Source: Bacteroidota bacterium (GTDB lineage Bacteria > Bacteroidota > Ignavibacteria > Kryptoniales > JAKASW01). From it: a stretch of 64,000 bases of DNA. Below are positions 18,169 through 27,463 of the stretch, piece by piece (positions within the stretch are counted from its first letter, which is position 1; each line of letters begins with the position of its first letter). The stretch is taken from the NCBI GenBank assembly GCA_021811615.1, contig JAJZNW010000037.1, positions 13,623-77,622 on the forward strand, read 5' to 3'. Both the position numbers and the translations under genes were made by a program. The notes under the pieces were generated by a model. That model worked only from the letters and a program-made list of their open reading frames with translations, was not told the origin of the DNA and searched no databases.

Positions 18169-18606
18169 TCAATTCAGCACTGTAACCTGTAGCGAATCTG
18201 CCGTCACCCTCAACATAGCCTTGACGGGATCGATCGCGTTATCGCCCAACTCGTTGCCGCACCCGATAATATAAATTACCTGTTGCGAACCGGAAATAGG
18301 GGCCACACTCCCCGCGACATAGGCAGCACCACTCGGAGACGAAGTTGACAACGAGAAACTTCCGTTCCCGTTCCCGGTGTCGAGGGGTGGAAGGCTGAAA
18401 TTTTCGAAATTACCTTCGCCGCCTCCGAAGGAAGTGGGCTTTCGATAGAACTGTTGCGCGACGGACCCGAGGTTCTCGAGATCACTTACGACCTGATCGC
18501 GATTTGTAGCTTCCGAATTGCTTTTGAAAAGCGTGATGCCAACCGCGATGGCGACGCCCACTATCACAACTCCGAGCACAATCAACAACAACTGTTGAGT
18601 TCCCAT
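18169..18606 (-). CDS. Small N-terminally anchored, pilin-like protein (paralogue B of MGTQQ family)
   Basis: The ATG at 18606 has GGAG 6 nt upstream, so the upstream ATG at 18618 is unlikely. Product begins MGTQQLLLIVLGVVIVGVAIAVGITLF, then the helix NRDQVVSDLENLGSVAQQFYRKP, then a Gly/Ser/Asn-rich region. Shares the N-terminus and the AQxxYRKP motif with 2201-2578. Confidence 0.6.
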   Translation of the reverse strand: MGTQQLLLIVLGVVIVGVAIAVGITLFKSNSEATNRDQVVSDLENLGSVAQQFYRKPTSFGGGEGNFENFSLPPLDTGNGNGSFSLSTSSPSGAAYVAGSVAPISGSQQVIYIIGCGNELGDNAIDPVKAMLRVTADSLQVTVLN

Positions 18607-18807
18607 GAATAGCTCCATATATCAGTGTCGACTCATTTTCAGGCTCTGTTAACAACAGGCCCGCGTTTTCCCTCCCGGCAGCCGACGCGAAAGTATTTCA
18701 GAACTCGAGTTAATTTATGAAATCGCCGGTGAACTTTCCAAAACCTTCCGTAAGGCCAACGGCTCATTGTGCTCCAAATCACTCAGGGTGCGCCTCAGGA
18801 AGTCCTC

Positions 18808-20112
18808 CTATTGCGCGAGTGCTTTCCTGTCTTTTTTCGTGACGTACGAGTTGTAACCTATCATCAGGATCGTTGCTAATATGCCTATTGCGGTAAGGAC
18901 GAGCCATATGGCGGTCGGTTGCCCGAGGACGCGAACTTCGCCGGCGGTTCTGACAAGCAGCCCTTTTGTCGTCGTCGAATAAAGCCACGCCCCGAAGGTC
19001 CCTCCGATGAACCATGCGATGGCAATCGGAAGGAATGCATACCCCTGGAACAGCGCTTCCTGGCCTTTGGGGGCGTGATCGGCGATGTATTCATAATATC
19101 TCGGTGCCTGAGTCATTTCGCCGATAGACCAGACGACAAGAGCCGCTACTATCATCCAGATTGTCGGATGAACAGCTATGACCAGCCAGGTCAGTGTTGA
19201 GACAGCGAAGCCCACCACGATGGAGGTCACCGGCGGCAGTTTCCGCGTCATCCTGTTCACAAGAACCTGCAGCACAATTATCGCCCACGCGTCGACGGAT
19301 TCTATTAACTCGAACGGAGCGCTCTTGGAAATGAAATCGGTAACGTACATCGGTATGATTACGAAAGTCTGCCAGAACATTATCCAGTAGAGTGAGAATA
19401 TCAAAAGGAAAACCATAAATCTCCCGTTGACGAGGACCCTGGCCATGTCGGCGAGCTTCTTGCCGAGCCCGGGCTGATCCATCGCGAGCTGGGCTTCCGG
19501 TGTCTTATAAAAAATCAGTGTTCCCAGAAACATGAGTCCGCATGAAGTAGCGGAGACCATGTACACCGATTCGATGCCTACGCGTTCCCGAAAGAAGTAT
19601 GCGATGAGAGGTCCGATTGCGCCGCCGACATTGACAAGCATGTAGTAGATGGCATATCCTAAAGACTTATTTTGCGGGGTTGTGGAGAGCGCGATCGTGC
19701 CGAGAACGGACGGCTTGATGAAGGATTCGCCGATTGCAGTAAAGATAAGAATGATCGCAAGAAGCCAGAAAAGAGGAATCATACGTGCGACCCCGGCAAG
19801 CAACGGCGTACCCACGGAGCCGATCAGGAAGTACCCCACCATCATTACGAGAAATGCAAAAGAAAACGCCTTTCGGAAACCATATTTGTCCGCGAACGTT
19901 CCGGCAAATATCGGGAGGAGATAGACGAACCCGCCGAATATCGACGAGAGTGCACCGGCATCGATCTCGCTGAACTTAAGGTGGTTCCGGAGAAAGATTA
20001 TCATCACGACCTGTTGGGCGTAGTATGCGAGACGTTCAAAAAGCTCCAGCGTGTTGGCGACCCAGAAAGAGCGATGGAAATCCCGAAACAGCTGCTTGAG
20101 GCGAGAGGTCAT
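18808..20112 (-). CDS. Proton-dependent oligopeptide transporter (POT/PTR family, MFS)
   Basis: POT signature ELFERLAYYA (ExxERFxYY-like) near the N-terminus and about 12-14 TM helices. The ATG at 20112 is preferred over the TTG at 20175. Confidence 0.8.
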   Translation of the reverse strand: MTSRLKQLFRDFHRSFWVANTLELFERLAYYAQQVVMIIFLRNHLKFSEIDAGALSSIFGGFVYLLPIFAGTFADKYGFRKAFSFAFLVMMVGYFLIGSVGTPLLAGVARMIPLFWLLAIILIFTAIGESFIKPSVLGTIALSTTPQNKSLGYAIYYMLVNVGGAIGPLIAYFFRERVGIESVYMVSATSCGLMFLGTLIFYKTPEAQLAMDQPGLGKKLADMARVLVNGRFMVFLLIFSLYWIMFWQTFVIIPMYVTDFISKSAPFELIESVDAWAIIVLQVLVNRMTRKLPPVTSIVVGFAVSTLTWLVIAVHPTIWMIVAALVVWSIGEMTQAPRYYEYIADHAPKGQEALFQGYAFLPIAIAWFIGGTFGAWLYSTTTKGLLVRTAGEVRVLGQPTAIWLVLTAIGILATILMIGYNSYVTKKDRKALAQ

Positions 20113-20349
20113 TTTGTCAGTCCTGGAATTAGTTGTTGTGATGTCCTGTGAGACAGTTCCATGGGATTGAAGCAAAAGTTAGCAATATTTGTCCAATATA
20201 ATACAAAACCTTGCACCCTCAAGCTGCAGGAAGTGGATCATATCGGTACAATCGTCTGTCCGGCTTAGTTCGATCGCCATTTCTTCCTGTAAAAAGAGAT
20301 GATTACCTGTTAAATTGTCGAAAATCTACAAAAGGAGCTTTTCATATAA

Positions 20350-21552
20350 ATGCCTCATGTCCCGTTCCATTTATATTTCATAATGTTTTTCCTTCTGACG
20401 GCCGGCGGGCAGGTCCTGATGTACCTTCTGGCGTCTCGTTTCCTTTCCGGCAAAGGAGTTGGGAAAAAATTCACAAAGGTATATCTGCCCGTCATATTCG
20501 CGGTTATAAACCTGCCGCTCTTTCTCACGCGTATCGATCCAGACATTTTTTATGATCCCGGCTTCGTCAGAACGTTCATCATGATGCCGTACTTTGCCTA
20601 CCAGACAATGAGCCTCGCTGCGGTTCTGACGTCAGCTGTCGTTTACACCGTCAGATTAGTGCTGCGAATTCTGAAACGATCGGCCGGCAGAACAGCATCC
20701 GTCCCGATTTTGAAATCGCGCCGTTCGTTCATCAGGAAAGGCGCCGTCGGTCTCGGTGCATACGCGTTCGTCGGATCCCTCCACAGTATCTATGACAGAG
20801 ACGATTATAAGATCGACCGTGTAACGATCACGTTGAATAATCTTCCCGCGAAACTGGACGGTCTTACGATATCGATGATAAGCGATATCCACTCGGGGCT
20901 TTACATGCTCGAGGACGACATGGTCAAGTACGCCAATGCGGTAAACAACCTCAGGGCTGACATGATCTTCATCCCCGGTGACTTCATCACGAGCAAGAAC
21001 AGCGAAGTTCTCCCCCTTGCCAAAGCGTTCTCGGGATTGAAATCGAAATATGGTACATATGCCTGTCTCGGCAATCATGATTTCTTCGCGAACCCTGCTT
21101 ACATTACCGAAAAGCTCCGAGAGCACGGGATGAATGTATTGAGGAACGAAACCCATGAACTGGAAATCGCAGGAGTAAAGATCATGTTGTCAGGGGTCGA
21201 CGACGGACGGCATGCAAACTTTCCGAAAGTCTCATACGAAGCCGATTCGCTGGATACAACAAGGATACTGCTCTGCCACAAGCCGTACTATCTTGAGAAC
21301 GCCGTGGCTGGAGGATTCGATCTCATGCTGAGCGGACATACGCACGGCGGTCAAATAGTATTCATGGATCTTTTCGGTGAGAAGATTACTCCTGCCGCAC
21401 TCGTTTCACCTTATATTTCCGGTAAGTACAGAATGGGAAAAACTCACATGTATGTGAGCCGCGGGATTGGAACCGTCGGACTTCCGATCAGGTTGAATTG
21501 TCCGCCGGAGGTCACGCTCTTCACGCTCCGCTCAGGGTCGAAACCAGGATGA
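20350..21552 (+). CDS. Membrane-anchored metallophosphoesterase (calcineurin-like, YkuE-type)
   Basis: Four N-terminal TM helices, then the phosphoesterase motifs SDIHSG, GDFITS, GNHDF and SGHTHGGQ. Confidence 0.8.
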   Translation: MPHVPFHLYFIMFFLLTAGGQVLMYLLASRFLSGKGVGKKFTKVYLPVIFAVINLPLFLTRIDPDIFYDPGFVRTFIMMPYFAYQTMSLAAVLTSAVVYTVRLVLRILKRSAGRTASVPILKSRRSFIRKGAVGLGAYAFVGSLHSIYDRDDYKIDRVTITLNNLPAKLDGLTISMISDIHSGLYMLEDDMVKYANAVNNLRADMIFIPGDFITSKNSEVLPLAKAFSGLKSKYGTYACLGNHDFFANPAYITEKLREHGMNVLRNETHELEIAGVKIMLSGVDDGRHANFPKVSYEADSLDTTRILLCHKPYYLENAVAGGFDLMLSGHTHGGQIVFMDLFGEKITPAALVSPYISGKYRMGKTHMYVSRGIGTVGLPIRLNCPPEVTLFTLRSGSKPG

Positions 21553-21566
21553 ATATCTCTTTCTAG

Positions 21567-23642
21567 ATGCGCCTAATTTCAAAGCTTTTTGTATTTGCTT
21601 CGTCGCTGTTCATAATACTCTACGGGGTCCTGTCCGGATTTTTCAAAATCGAAGGGACCTTCATCGCGAGCTATGTAGCGGGAAGAAACCTGCTTCAAGG
21701 GATGAACCCGGTCCTGCTCTACCAGTTTCCTTACTTTCAAAAACTAATCGGCGTAAGCGGACTTACCGAGAGAATCCTGTCGTTTGTGGGAGCGACACCA
21801 TCTTCGATCGCCGCGGACGCGTTCCTTGCCTTCACTCCGGTAATGATGGCCCGCATACTTTTCACGGCGGCAAATCTCGCCGCATTCGTAATGCTGGTTC
21901 ATGCTACCGCGAAAGTCGTAGGGACTTCGAACAAGACAGCGTACATGGTTTTCTTAAGTTCTTCTTTTGCACTTGCTTCGAATTTTCAGGCTGGCGAGCC
22001 TTTCATAATATTTGCTCTCCTGTTCGTTCTCGCATTCTATGCATTCTCCCTCGGGAAGGTAGCCGCTTGCGGTGTTCTTATCGGGCTCGCGTTTCCTTTC
22101 AACCCTATTTTTGTCTTACCCGCAATACTCTTTCTCCTTGCGGCCAAATGGAGGGCTTTCACTTATTTCTTGATTTCCGCAGTCTCATTGCTTGCCGTCA
22201 CGTACCTGGTGGTCGGAAATTCGACATTCGTTTTCTACTATCAGCGGATAGTTACGGCATATCTCAATGGAAGAGTGCTCAATCCGTTTTCGGATACTTT
22301 TCAGACCGCATGGTCTTTTCTCAGAAGAATGTTCATGTTCAACGAGACTTTGAATCCCAATCCTCTTTTGAAATCGACTCCGGCATTTCTCATGGCCAGT
22401 TCGTTCTTCAAAGCCTCGGTAGTGGTCCCGGGGGCATATTTCTTTTACAAGGGCGTATCGATGGACAAGCCGCGCGAGGCCCTCGTCGCCGCCACATTCC
22501 CGGTACTTCTCCTCCTCCCCGTGTTTACCCCCGCGGAACTCGTGATGCTGGCACCGGCGATCGTGGCGATCGTTCAGTCCGCGACAGAGGAGGGACGTAC
22601 AAGAATTGCAGGCATCTTCCTGGTTCTGTACGCGCTCGCTTGTATTCCGTTTTACATGTTCGAGGGGGAGTTCGCGGGCGCGTGGAGCATATTTCTTGAC
22701 TACGAATGTCTCTTCCTCCTTTTCGCCATATACATTCTCTATCTCGTTTTCCAGAGCCGCATCGTTCCGCGGCACCTGCGTTATTTCAGGATGATCCTGA
22801 CAGGCGTCATCGTTTTTGCAGTAGCCACAACACTTTATCTTGGAGACCGCTTCGTCCAGCGTCCTGTGAATTCTGAGCTCGTGCCTGCGCTGCCGGCATC
22901 CGCCCTGGAAGTGCCATCATTCAGTCCGGGTCTCTACTCGGGCAGGCTGGCATATATCACCGAAGATTCATCGACGGAGACCCTCAGACCGTCGGGTGTC
23001 GATCCTGAACAGCCGCCTTCGGAGAATTTTTTCAGTTACAATTCCGGCGAGGTGGGAGACAATTATGCGATGGAGACGGCGGCCAACGGTGGAGCCGTCG
23101 TTTACTTCAAGACCCGCTCGGCCCGGGCGATTTATCCGGGGTACGAGCCGAGAATCAGCGCCGACGAGGATTATGGGGCTTACATCAGGCAAGGTAAAAT
23201 CTTCGTGCTCGATCTCGATCCACGATACATCGCCAGATTGGATTCTATATCGGTACTTCCCTATAAAATAATAGAATGTTCGTTCAATGCCGGGAAGAAC
23301 AATGAGATAGACTTCGTCATCGACTCGCTGAATGACTCATACTCATTGGCGGCTTACAATTTGTTCAACCGAAATACATCGACATATCCAATCCCGTTCA
23401 GGCCGAACCGTTTCTGTACCGTCGGCGATACGATGTATGCTACTCAAATTGTGGCAGACTCCACCGCATTCTGGAAGATAGTTGAGAACGAATCCCCCAA
23501 CTCCCTATTTGCCATCCATGGCGACATTTACGACGTAACATGTCTTAACGGCGTGATCTACCTTTCTTCGGACTACGAAAGGGGAATTGAGAACCCGACG
23601 GTTTACAAGTATGTCAGAAACCTTGGCCTCCCCTCTCGCTGA
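21567..23642 (+). CDS. Large polytopic membrane protein with C-terminal soluble domain (possible GT-C-fold glycosyltransferase)
   Basis: 691 aa. About 12-14 hydrophobic helices in the first ~430 aa and a ~250-aa non-membrane C-terminal domain. Starts 14 nt after the metallophosphoesterase gene. The function is a guess from architecture only. Confidence 0.55.
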   Translation: MRLISKLFVFASSLFIILYGVLSGFFKIEGTFIASYVAGRNLLQGMNPVLLYQFPYFQKLIGVSGLTERILSFVGATPSSIAADAFLAFTPVMMARILFTAANLAAFVMLVHATAKVVGTSNKTAYMVFLSSSFALASNFQAGEPFIIFALLFVLAFYAFSLGKVAACGVLIGLAFPFNPIFVLPAILFLLAAKWRAFTYFLISAVSLLAVTYLVVGNSTFVFYYQRIVTAYLNGRVLNPFSDTFQTAWSFLRRMFMFNETLNPNPLLKSTPAFLMASSFFKASVVVPGAYFFYKGVSMDKPREALVAATFPVLLLLPVFTPAELVMLAPAIVAIVQSATEEGRTRIAGIFLVLYALACIPFYMFEGEFAGAWSIFLDYECLFLLFAIYILYLVFQSRIVPRHLRYFRMILTGVIVFAVATTLYLGDRFVQRPVNSELVPALPASALEVPSFSPGLYSGRLAYITEDSSTETLRPSGVDPEQPPSENFFSYNSGEVGDNYAMETAANGGAVVYFKTRSARAIYPGYEPRISADEDYGAYIRQGKIFVLDLDPRYIARLDSISVLPYKIIECSFNAGKNNEIDFVIDSLNDSYSLAAYNLFNRNTSTYPIPFRPNRFCTVGDTMYATQIVADSTAFWKIVENESPNSLFAIHGDIYDVTCLNGVIYLSSDYERGIENPTVYKYVRNLGLPSR

Positions 23643-23803
23643 GACGCGGGGTCGACTCGCGGCGAAGTTATTCTCAGCTTCCCCATGCAGCGAGCGGCGA
23701 TGGACTACGTCCATTGGATTTGAGGCGAGCGAGCCAAGACAGCGGCATCGAAGTTGGCAATCCTTGCTATTGGCGCCGCGAAGCGCAAAAGGGCTCAGAA
23801 ACC

Positions 23804-23832
23804 TTGATTTTCTTCGCTTCTGCTGATATATT
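23804..23832 (+). promoter_or_regulatory. Sigma70-like promoter abutting the cdd start codon
   Basis: TTGATT (23804-23809), 17-nt spacer, TATATT (23827-23832). The ATG at 23840 is 7 nt after the -10 box, and the intervening TTTTCCA has no Shine-Dalgarno sequence. Confidence 0.3.
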
Positions 23833-23839
23833 TTTTCCA

Positions 23840-24262
23840 ATGTCACAGGAATCCACAGCTTCTCTAACCGATTTGATCTCAGCTGCTGACGAAGCCAGAA
23901 AAAAATCGGAAGCAAGGTTTTCGCATTTCAGAGTCGGGGCGGCCATACAGACAGGATCCGGGAAGATCTACTCGGCGTTCAACATCGAGTCGAGCAGTTA
24001 CGGTTTGTCGATGTGTGCCGAGCGAATCGCAGTATGGTCAGCGATAAACGACGGCGAGTCGAATTTTACCCGCATCGCGATCGTTTCAGATGCAAAGGAT
24101 TTTTGCACACCGTGCGGGGCATGTCGTCAAGTCATGTATGAGCTGGCCGGCGATATCGAAATATTCCTGACGAACAAGAAGGGAGAAGTGCGGAGCTACC
24201 GGCTTTCCTCGCTTATCCCGGAAGCTTTTACATCAAAGACACTGCTTAATGGAAGAGATTAG
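23840..24262 (+). CDS. cdd: Cytidine deaminase
   Basis: 140-aa product from the ATG at 23840. Zinc-binding motifs CAER and PCGACRQ, with FRVGAAI near the N-terminus. The upstream 42 codons of the track ORF look non-coding. Confidence 0.85.
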   Translation: MSQESTASLTDLISAADEARKKSEARFSHFRVGAAIQTGSGKIYSAFNIESSSYGLSMCAERIAVWSAINDGESNFTRIAIVSDAKDFCTPCGACRQVMYELAGDIEIFLTNKKGEVRSYRLSSLIPEAFTSKTLLNGRD

Positions 24263-24824
24263 TTTACATTACGCGCCGCGCGAAACGGGCTGGATAGAGA
24301 TTATCTGCGGCTGCATGTTCAGCGGGAAGACCGAAGAGCTGATCCGGAGGCTGAGGCGCGCCGAGATCGCGAGACAGAACGTCGCGATATTCAAACCCAG
24401 AATTGATAAGAGATACAGCGACGACCATATAGTCTCACACAGCGACGAGAGGTTGAAGTCGATAGTGGTCGACTCTGCCGGCGAGATTCTTTCTCTCTCG
24501 GCGGAGGCGCAAGTCGTCGGCATAGACGAGGGCCAATTCTTCGGTCCTGAGCTCGTCGATGTTTGCGAGTCGCTCGCGACCGCAGGAAAGAGGGTCATCG
24601 TAGCGGGACTCGATCAGGACTTTCGCGGAAAGCCTTTTGAACCGATTCCCCAGCTCCTTGCTGTTGCGGAGTACATAACGAAGACTCTCGCCATCTGCGT
24701 GGTTTGCGGAAATCCGGCCGATAGGACACAGCGCAAGACGCACCAGGGGGAGCGAGTCCTGGTTGGCGCGAAGGACATCTATGAAGCCCGCTGCCGGAAG
24801 TGCTTCGTCCCCCCTTCCGATTGA
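24249..24824 (+). CDS. tdk: Thymidine kinase
   Basis: P-loop [17 protein letters not shown], and C-terminal zinc cysteines (CVVCG...RCRKC). Overlaps the cdd end by 14 nt. Confidence 0.9.
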   Translation: MEEISLHYAPRETGWIEIICGCMFSGKTEELIRRLRRAEIARQNVAIFKPRIDKRYSDDHIVSHSDERLKSIVVDSAGEILSLSAEAQVVGIDEGQFFGPELVDVCESLATAGKRVIVAGLDQDFRGKPFEPIPQLLAVAEYITKTLAICVVCGNPADRTQRKTHQGERVLVGAKDIYEARCRKCFVPPSD

Positions 24825-24889
24825 AATCAGACGGAAGTACCAGAAAGCCCCTAACCGATTCGATTTTGTTCTTATCACAGGAGTTTAGT

Positions 24890-25915
24890 ATGAAAAAAGT
24901 CATGTCAGCTTTCCTCTCGATACTCGTCCTGGCCAGTTCTGCTCTTCTATTTGAATCGTGCGGAAAGAGCCAGCCGAGTGCCCCTCCGAACAGCGAGGTG
25001 GGACTCGTATTCGATGTCGGTGGGCGAGGAGACAAGTCTTTCAACGATCAGGCGTATCGGGGTCTGGTAATGGCCAAGGACAGTCTCGGGATCAAGTATC
25101 AGTACATCGAGCCGGGCGGCGGCTCCGACCGGGAATCGGCACTCCGGCAGCTTGCGAATCAGAAGAGCATCGGACTCATATTCGGCGTCGGATTCATTTT
25201 CACAGACGACATCAATCAGGTCGCAAGAGCTTTCCCGGACAAGAAGTTCGCTTGCATAGACTACACCTATGACTCGACGAAGGCGGTCCCGAAAAATGTG
25301 ATCCCCATCGAATTCCGGGAGAACGAAGGCTCGTTCCTTGTAGGCGCAATCGCGGGAATGATGACGAAGACTAACGTCGTAGGTTTCATCGGCGGTATGG
25401 AATCGCCGTTGATCAGGAAATTCCAGGTCGGCTACCAGGCGGGAGTCAGGTACGTGAACCCGAAATGCAAGGTCCTGGTTGCCTACGCAGGAGTAACCGG
25501 AGACGCTTTCAAGAATCCGGCAAAGGGAAAGGAACTCGCACTCGCCCAGTACTCACAGGGTGCCGACATAATATATCACGCTGCGGGCGTAACGGGTCTT
25601 GGGGTTTTCGATGCGGCGCGGGAGATGAAGAAATATGCCATCGGGGTGGACATGGACCAGTGGAACGAAGCTCCGGGGTACGTGCTTACGAGCATGGTGA
25701 AGAAGGGGGACGTTGCGGTGTACGATATCATAAAAGAGTGGAAGGATGGAAAATTTAACGGCGGAAAGCCGAGGATATTCGGGCTGAAGGACAACGGCGT
25801 CGATTTTGTGTACGATAAAGAAAACCGGCCCATGATCCCTGAGAAGGTCTATGAGAAGGTGGAACAGTTACGGAAAGAGATCATCGAGAGAAAGATAAAA
25901 GTTCCGAACGACTAA
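24890..25915 (+). CDS. BMP-family (PnrA/Med-like) nucleoside-binding lipoprotein of an ABC importer
   Basis: The ATG at 24890 is preceded by AGGAG. Signal peptide with a lipobox-like LFESC. BMP-like body (VGLVFDVGGRGDKSFND, GFIGGM). Followed by the cognate ATPase and two permeases. Confidence 0.85.
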   Translation: MKKVMSAFLSILVLASSALLFESCGKSQPSAPPNSEVGLVFDVGGRGDKSFNDQAYRGLVMAKDSLGIKYQYIEPGGGSDRESALRQLANQKSIGLIFGVGFIFTDDINQVARAFPDKKFACIDYTYDSTKAVPKNVIPIEFRENEGSFLVGAIAGMMTKTNVVGFIGGMESPLIRKFQVGYQAGVRYVNPKCKVLVAYAGVTGDAFKNPAKGKELALAQYSQGADIIYHAAGVTGLGVFDAAREMKKYAIGVDMDQWNEAPGYVLTSMVKKGDVAVYDIIKEWKDGKFNGGKPRIFGLKDNGVDFVYDKENRPMIPEKVYEKVEQLRKEIIERKIKVPND

Positions 25916-25927
25916 GCGCGACTTCCG

Positions 25928-27463
25928 ATGCCCTACGCAGTAGAACTTCTCAACATCACTAAAAGATTTGCTCGCACGGTTGCGAACGATAACGTCACGT
26001 TGAGGGTCCAATCCGGCTCGATCCACGCACTCGTCGGTGAGAACGGCGCGGGCAAGACGACTCTCATGGAGACGTTGTACGGACTTTACCAGCCAGACGA
26101 GGGGATCATAAGGATTCACGAGAAGGAAGTCTCGATCAGATCTCCTCACGATTCGATACGCCACGGGATCGGTATGGTCCACCAGCATTTCATGCTGGTG
26201 GGGCCGATGACGGTATTGGAGAACATCATCCTGGGAGCAGAGACCACTCGGTATTCCCTGCTCGACCTTAAGAGGACCACTGCCGAGATATCCGAGCTTG
26301 CCGGGCGGTTTTCACTCACGGTTCCACTGAACGAGAAGGTTGAAAATATCGGTGTAGGCATCCAGCAGCGGGTAGAGATACTCAAGGCAATTTACAGAAG
26401 AGCCGATATTCTCGTTCTCGACGAGCCGACTGCAGTGCTGACTCCGCAGGAGGCGGCCCAACTCTTTAGGATACTATCGGAACTGAAAGAGGAAGGCAAG
26501 ACCATAGTTCTGATCACGCACAAGCTGAGCGAAGTGATGGCGATAAGCGATCACGTGTCCGTCATGCGTAGGGGGAAAATAGCCGGAGAGGTGGAGACCT
26601 CATCTACGACTCCGGAGCAGCTTGCCGAGATGATGGTCGGCAGGCGGATCCTGCTCAGAGTGGAGAAGACCGAGAAGAAAGCGGGCGATCCCGTACTCTC
26701 AGTAAGCAATTTGTCCTGCATCGACAAACGCGGCGTCAACGTTCTGAACGACGTCTCGCTCGAAGTAGCTTCGGGTGAAATACTCGGAATCGCGGGCGTG
26801 GAAGGTAACGGTCAGTCTCAACTGGTCGAGTGTATTACTGGATTGCTGCGTCCGACTTCCGGATCGGTGACCATCGACGGAATGCAGATCGCCGGGTTAA
26901 GCCCGAAGGGAGTTTTTGCCCGGGGACTGGCACACGTCCCTGAAGACCGCATCAAGCGAGGGCTCGTCGTGGAAATGGACGTCGCCGAGAATCTGATACT
27001 TGGATTGCACATGCAGAAGGAGTTCGGTTCGAGGATTTCGATGAACCGCAGAGCGATCGCCGAAAATGCGCGGCTCCTTATAACAAAATACGACATCCGA
27101 CCGATGAACCCTGAGGCACTCGCCCGCGGTCTTTCGGGAGGTAATCAACAAAAAGTGATAATAGCGAGAGAGCTCTCGAGGAACACACAGGTCATCGTGG
27201 CGAGCCAGCCGACGCGCGGCGTGGACATCGGGGGGATAGAGTTCATACACCGGACACTGGTCCAGGCGCGTGATGCAGGGAAAGCGATCCTCATGATTTC
27301 CGCGGATCTCAACGAAATACTCAGCCTCTCAGATCGCATCGCGGTCATGTATGGCGGGCGGATCGTGAAAGTCTTCCCGGACAACAACGTAAAAGAAAGC
27401 GAACTGGGGCTTTATATGACGGGTTCGAAAAGCAGCTCCGCCCAGAGGGCATCAGATGGCTGA
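25928..27463 (+). CDS. ABC transporter ATP-binding protein (duplicated ABC domains)
   Basis: Two Walker A sites (GENGAGKTTLM, GVEGNGQSQLV), signature LSGGNQQKV, Walker B ILVLDEPT. The 511-aa tandem-cassette layout is typical of sugar and nucleoside importers. Confidence 0.9.
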   Translation: MPYAVELLNITKRFARTVANDNVTLRVQSGSIHALVGENGAGKTTLMETLYGLYQPDEGIIRIHEKEVSIRSPHDSIRHGIGMVHQHFMLVGPMTVLENIILGAETTRYSLLDLKRTTAEISELAGRFSLTVPLNEKVENIGVGIQQRVEILKAIYRRADILVLDEPTAVLTPQEAAQLFRILSELKEEGKTIVLITHKLSEVMAISDHVSVMRRGKIAGEVETSSTTPEQLAEMMVGRRILLRVEKTEKKAGDPVLSVSNLSCIDKRGVNVLNDVSLEVASGEILGIAGVEGNGQSQLVECITGLLRPTSGSVTIDGMQIAGLSPKGVFARGLAHVPEDRIKRGLVVEMDVAENLILGLHMQKEFGSRISMNRRAIAENARLLITKYDIRPMNPEALARGLSGGNQQKVIIARELSRNTQVIVASQPTRGVDIGGIEFIHRTLVQARDAGKAILMISADLNEILSLSDRIAVMYGGRIVKVFPDNNVKESELGLYMTGSKSSSAQRASDG

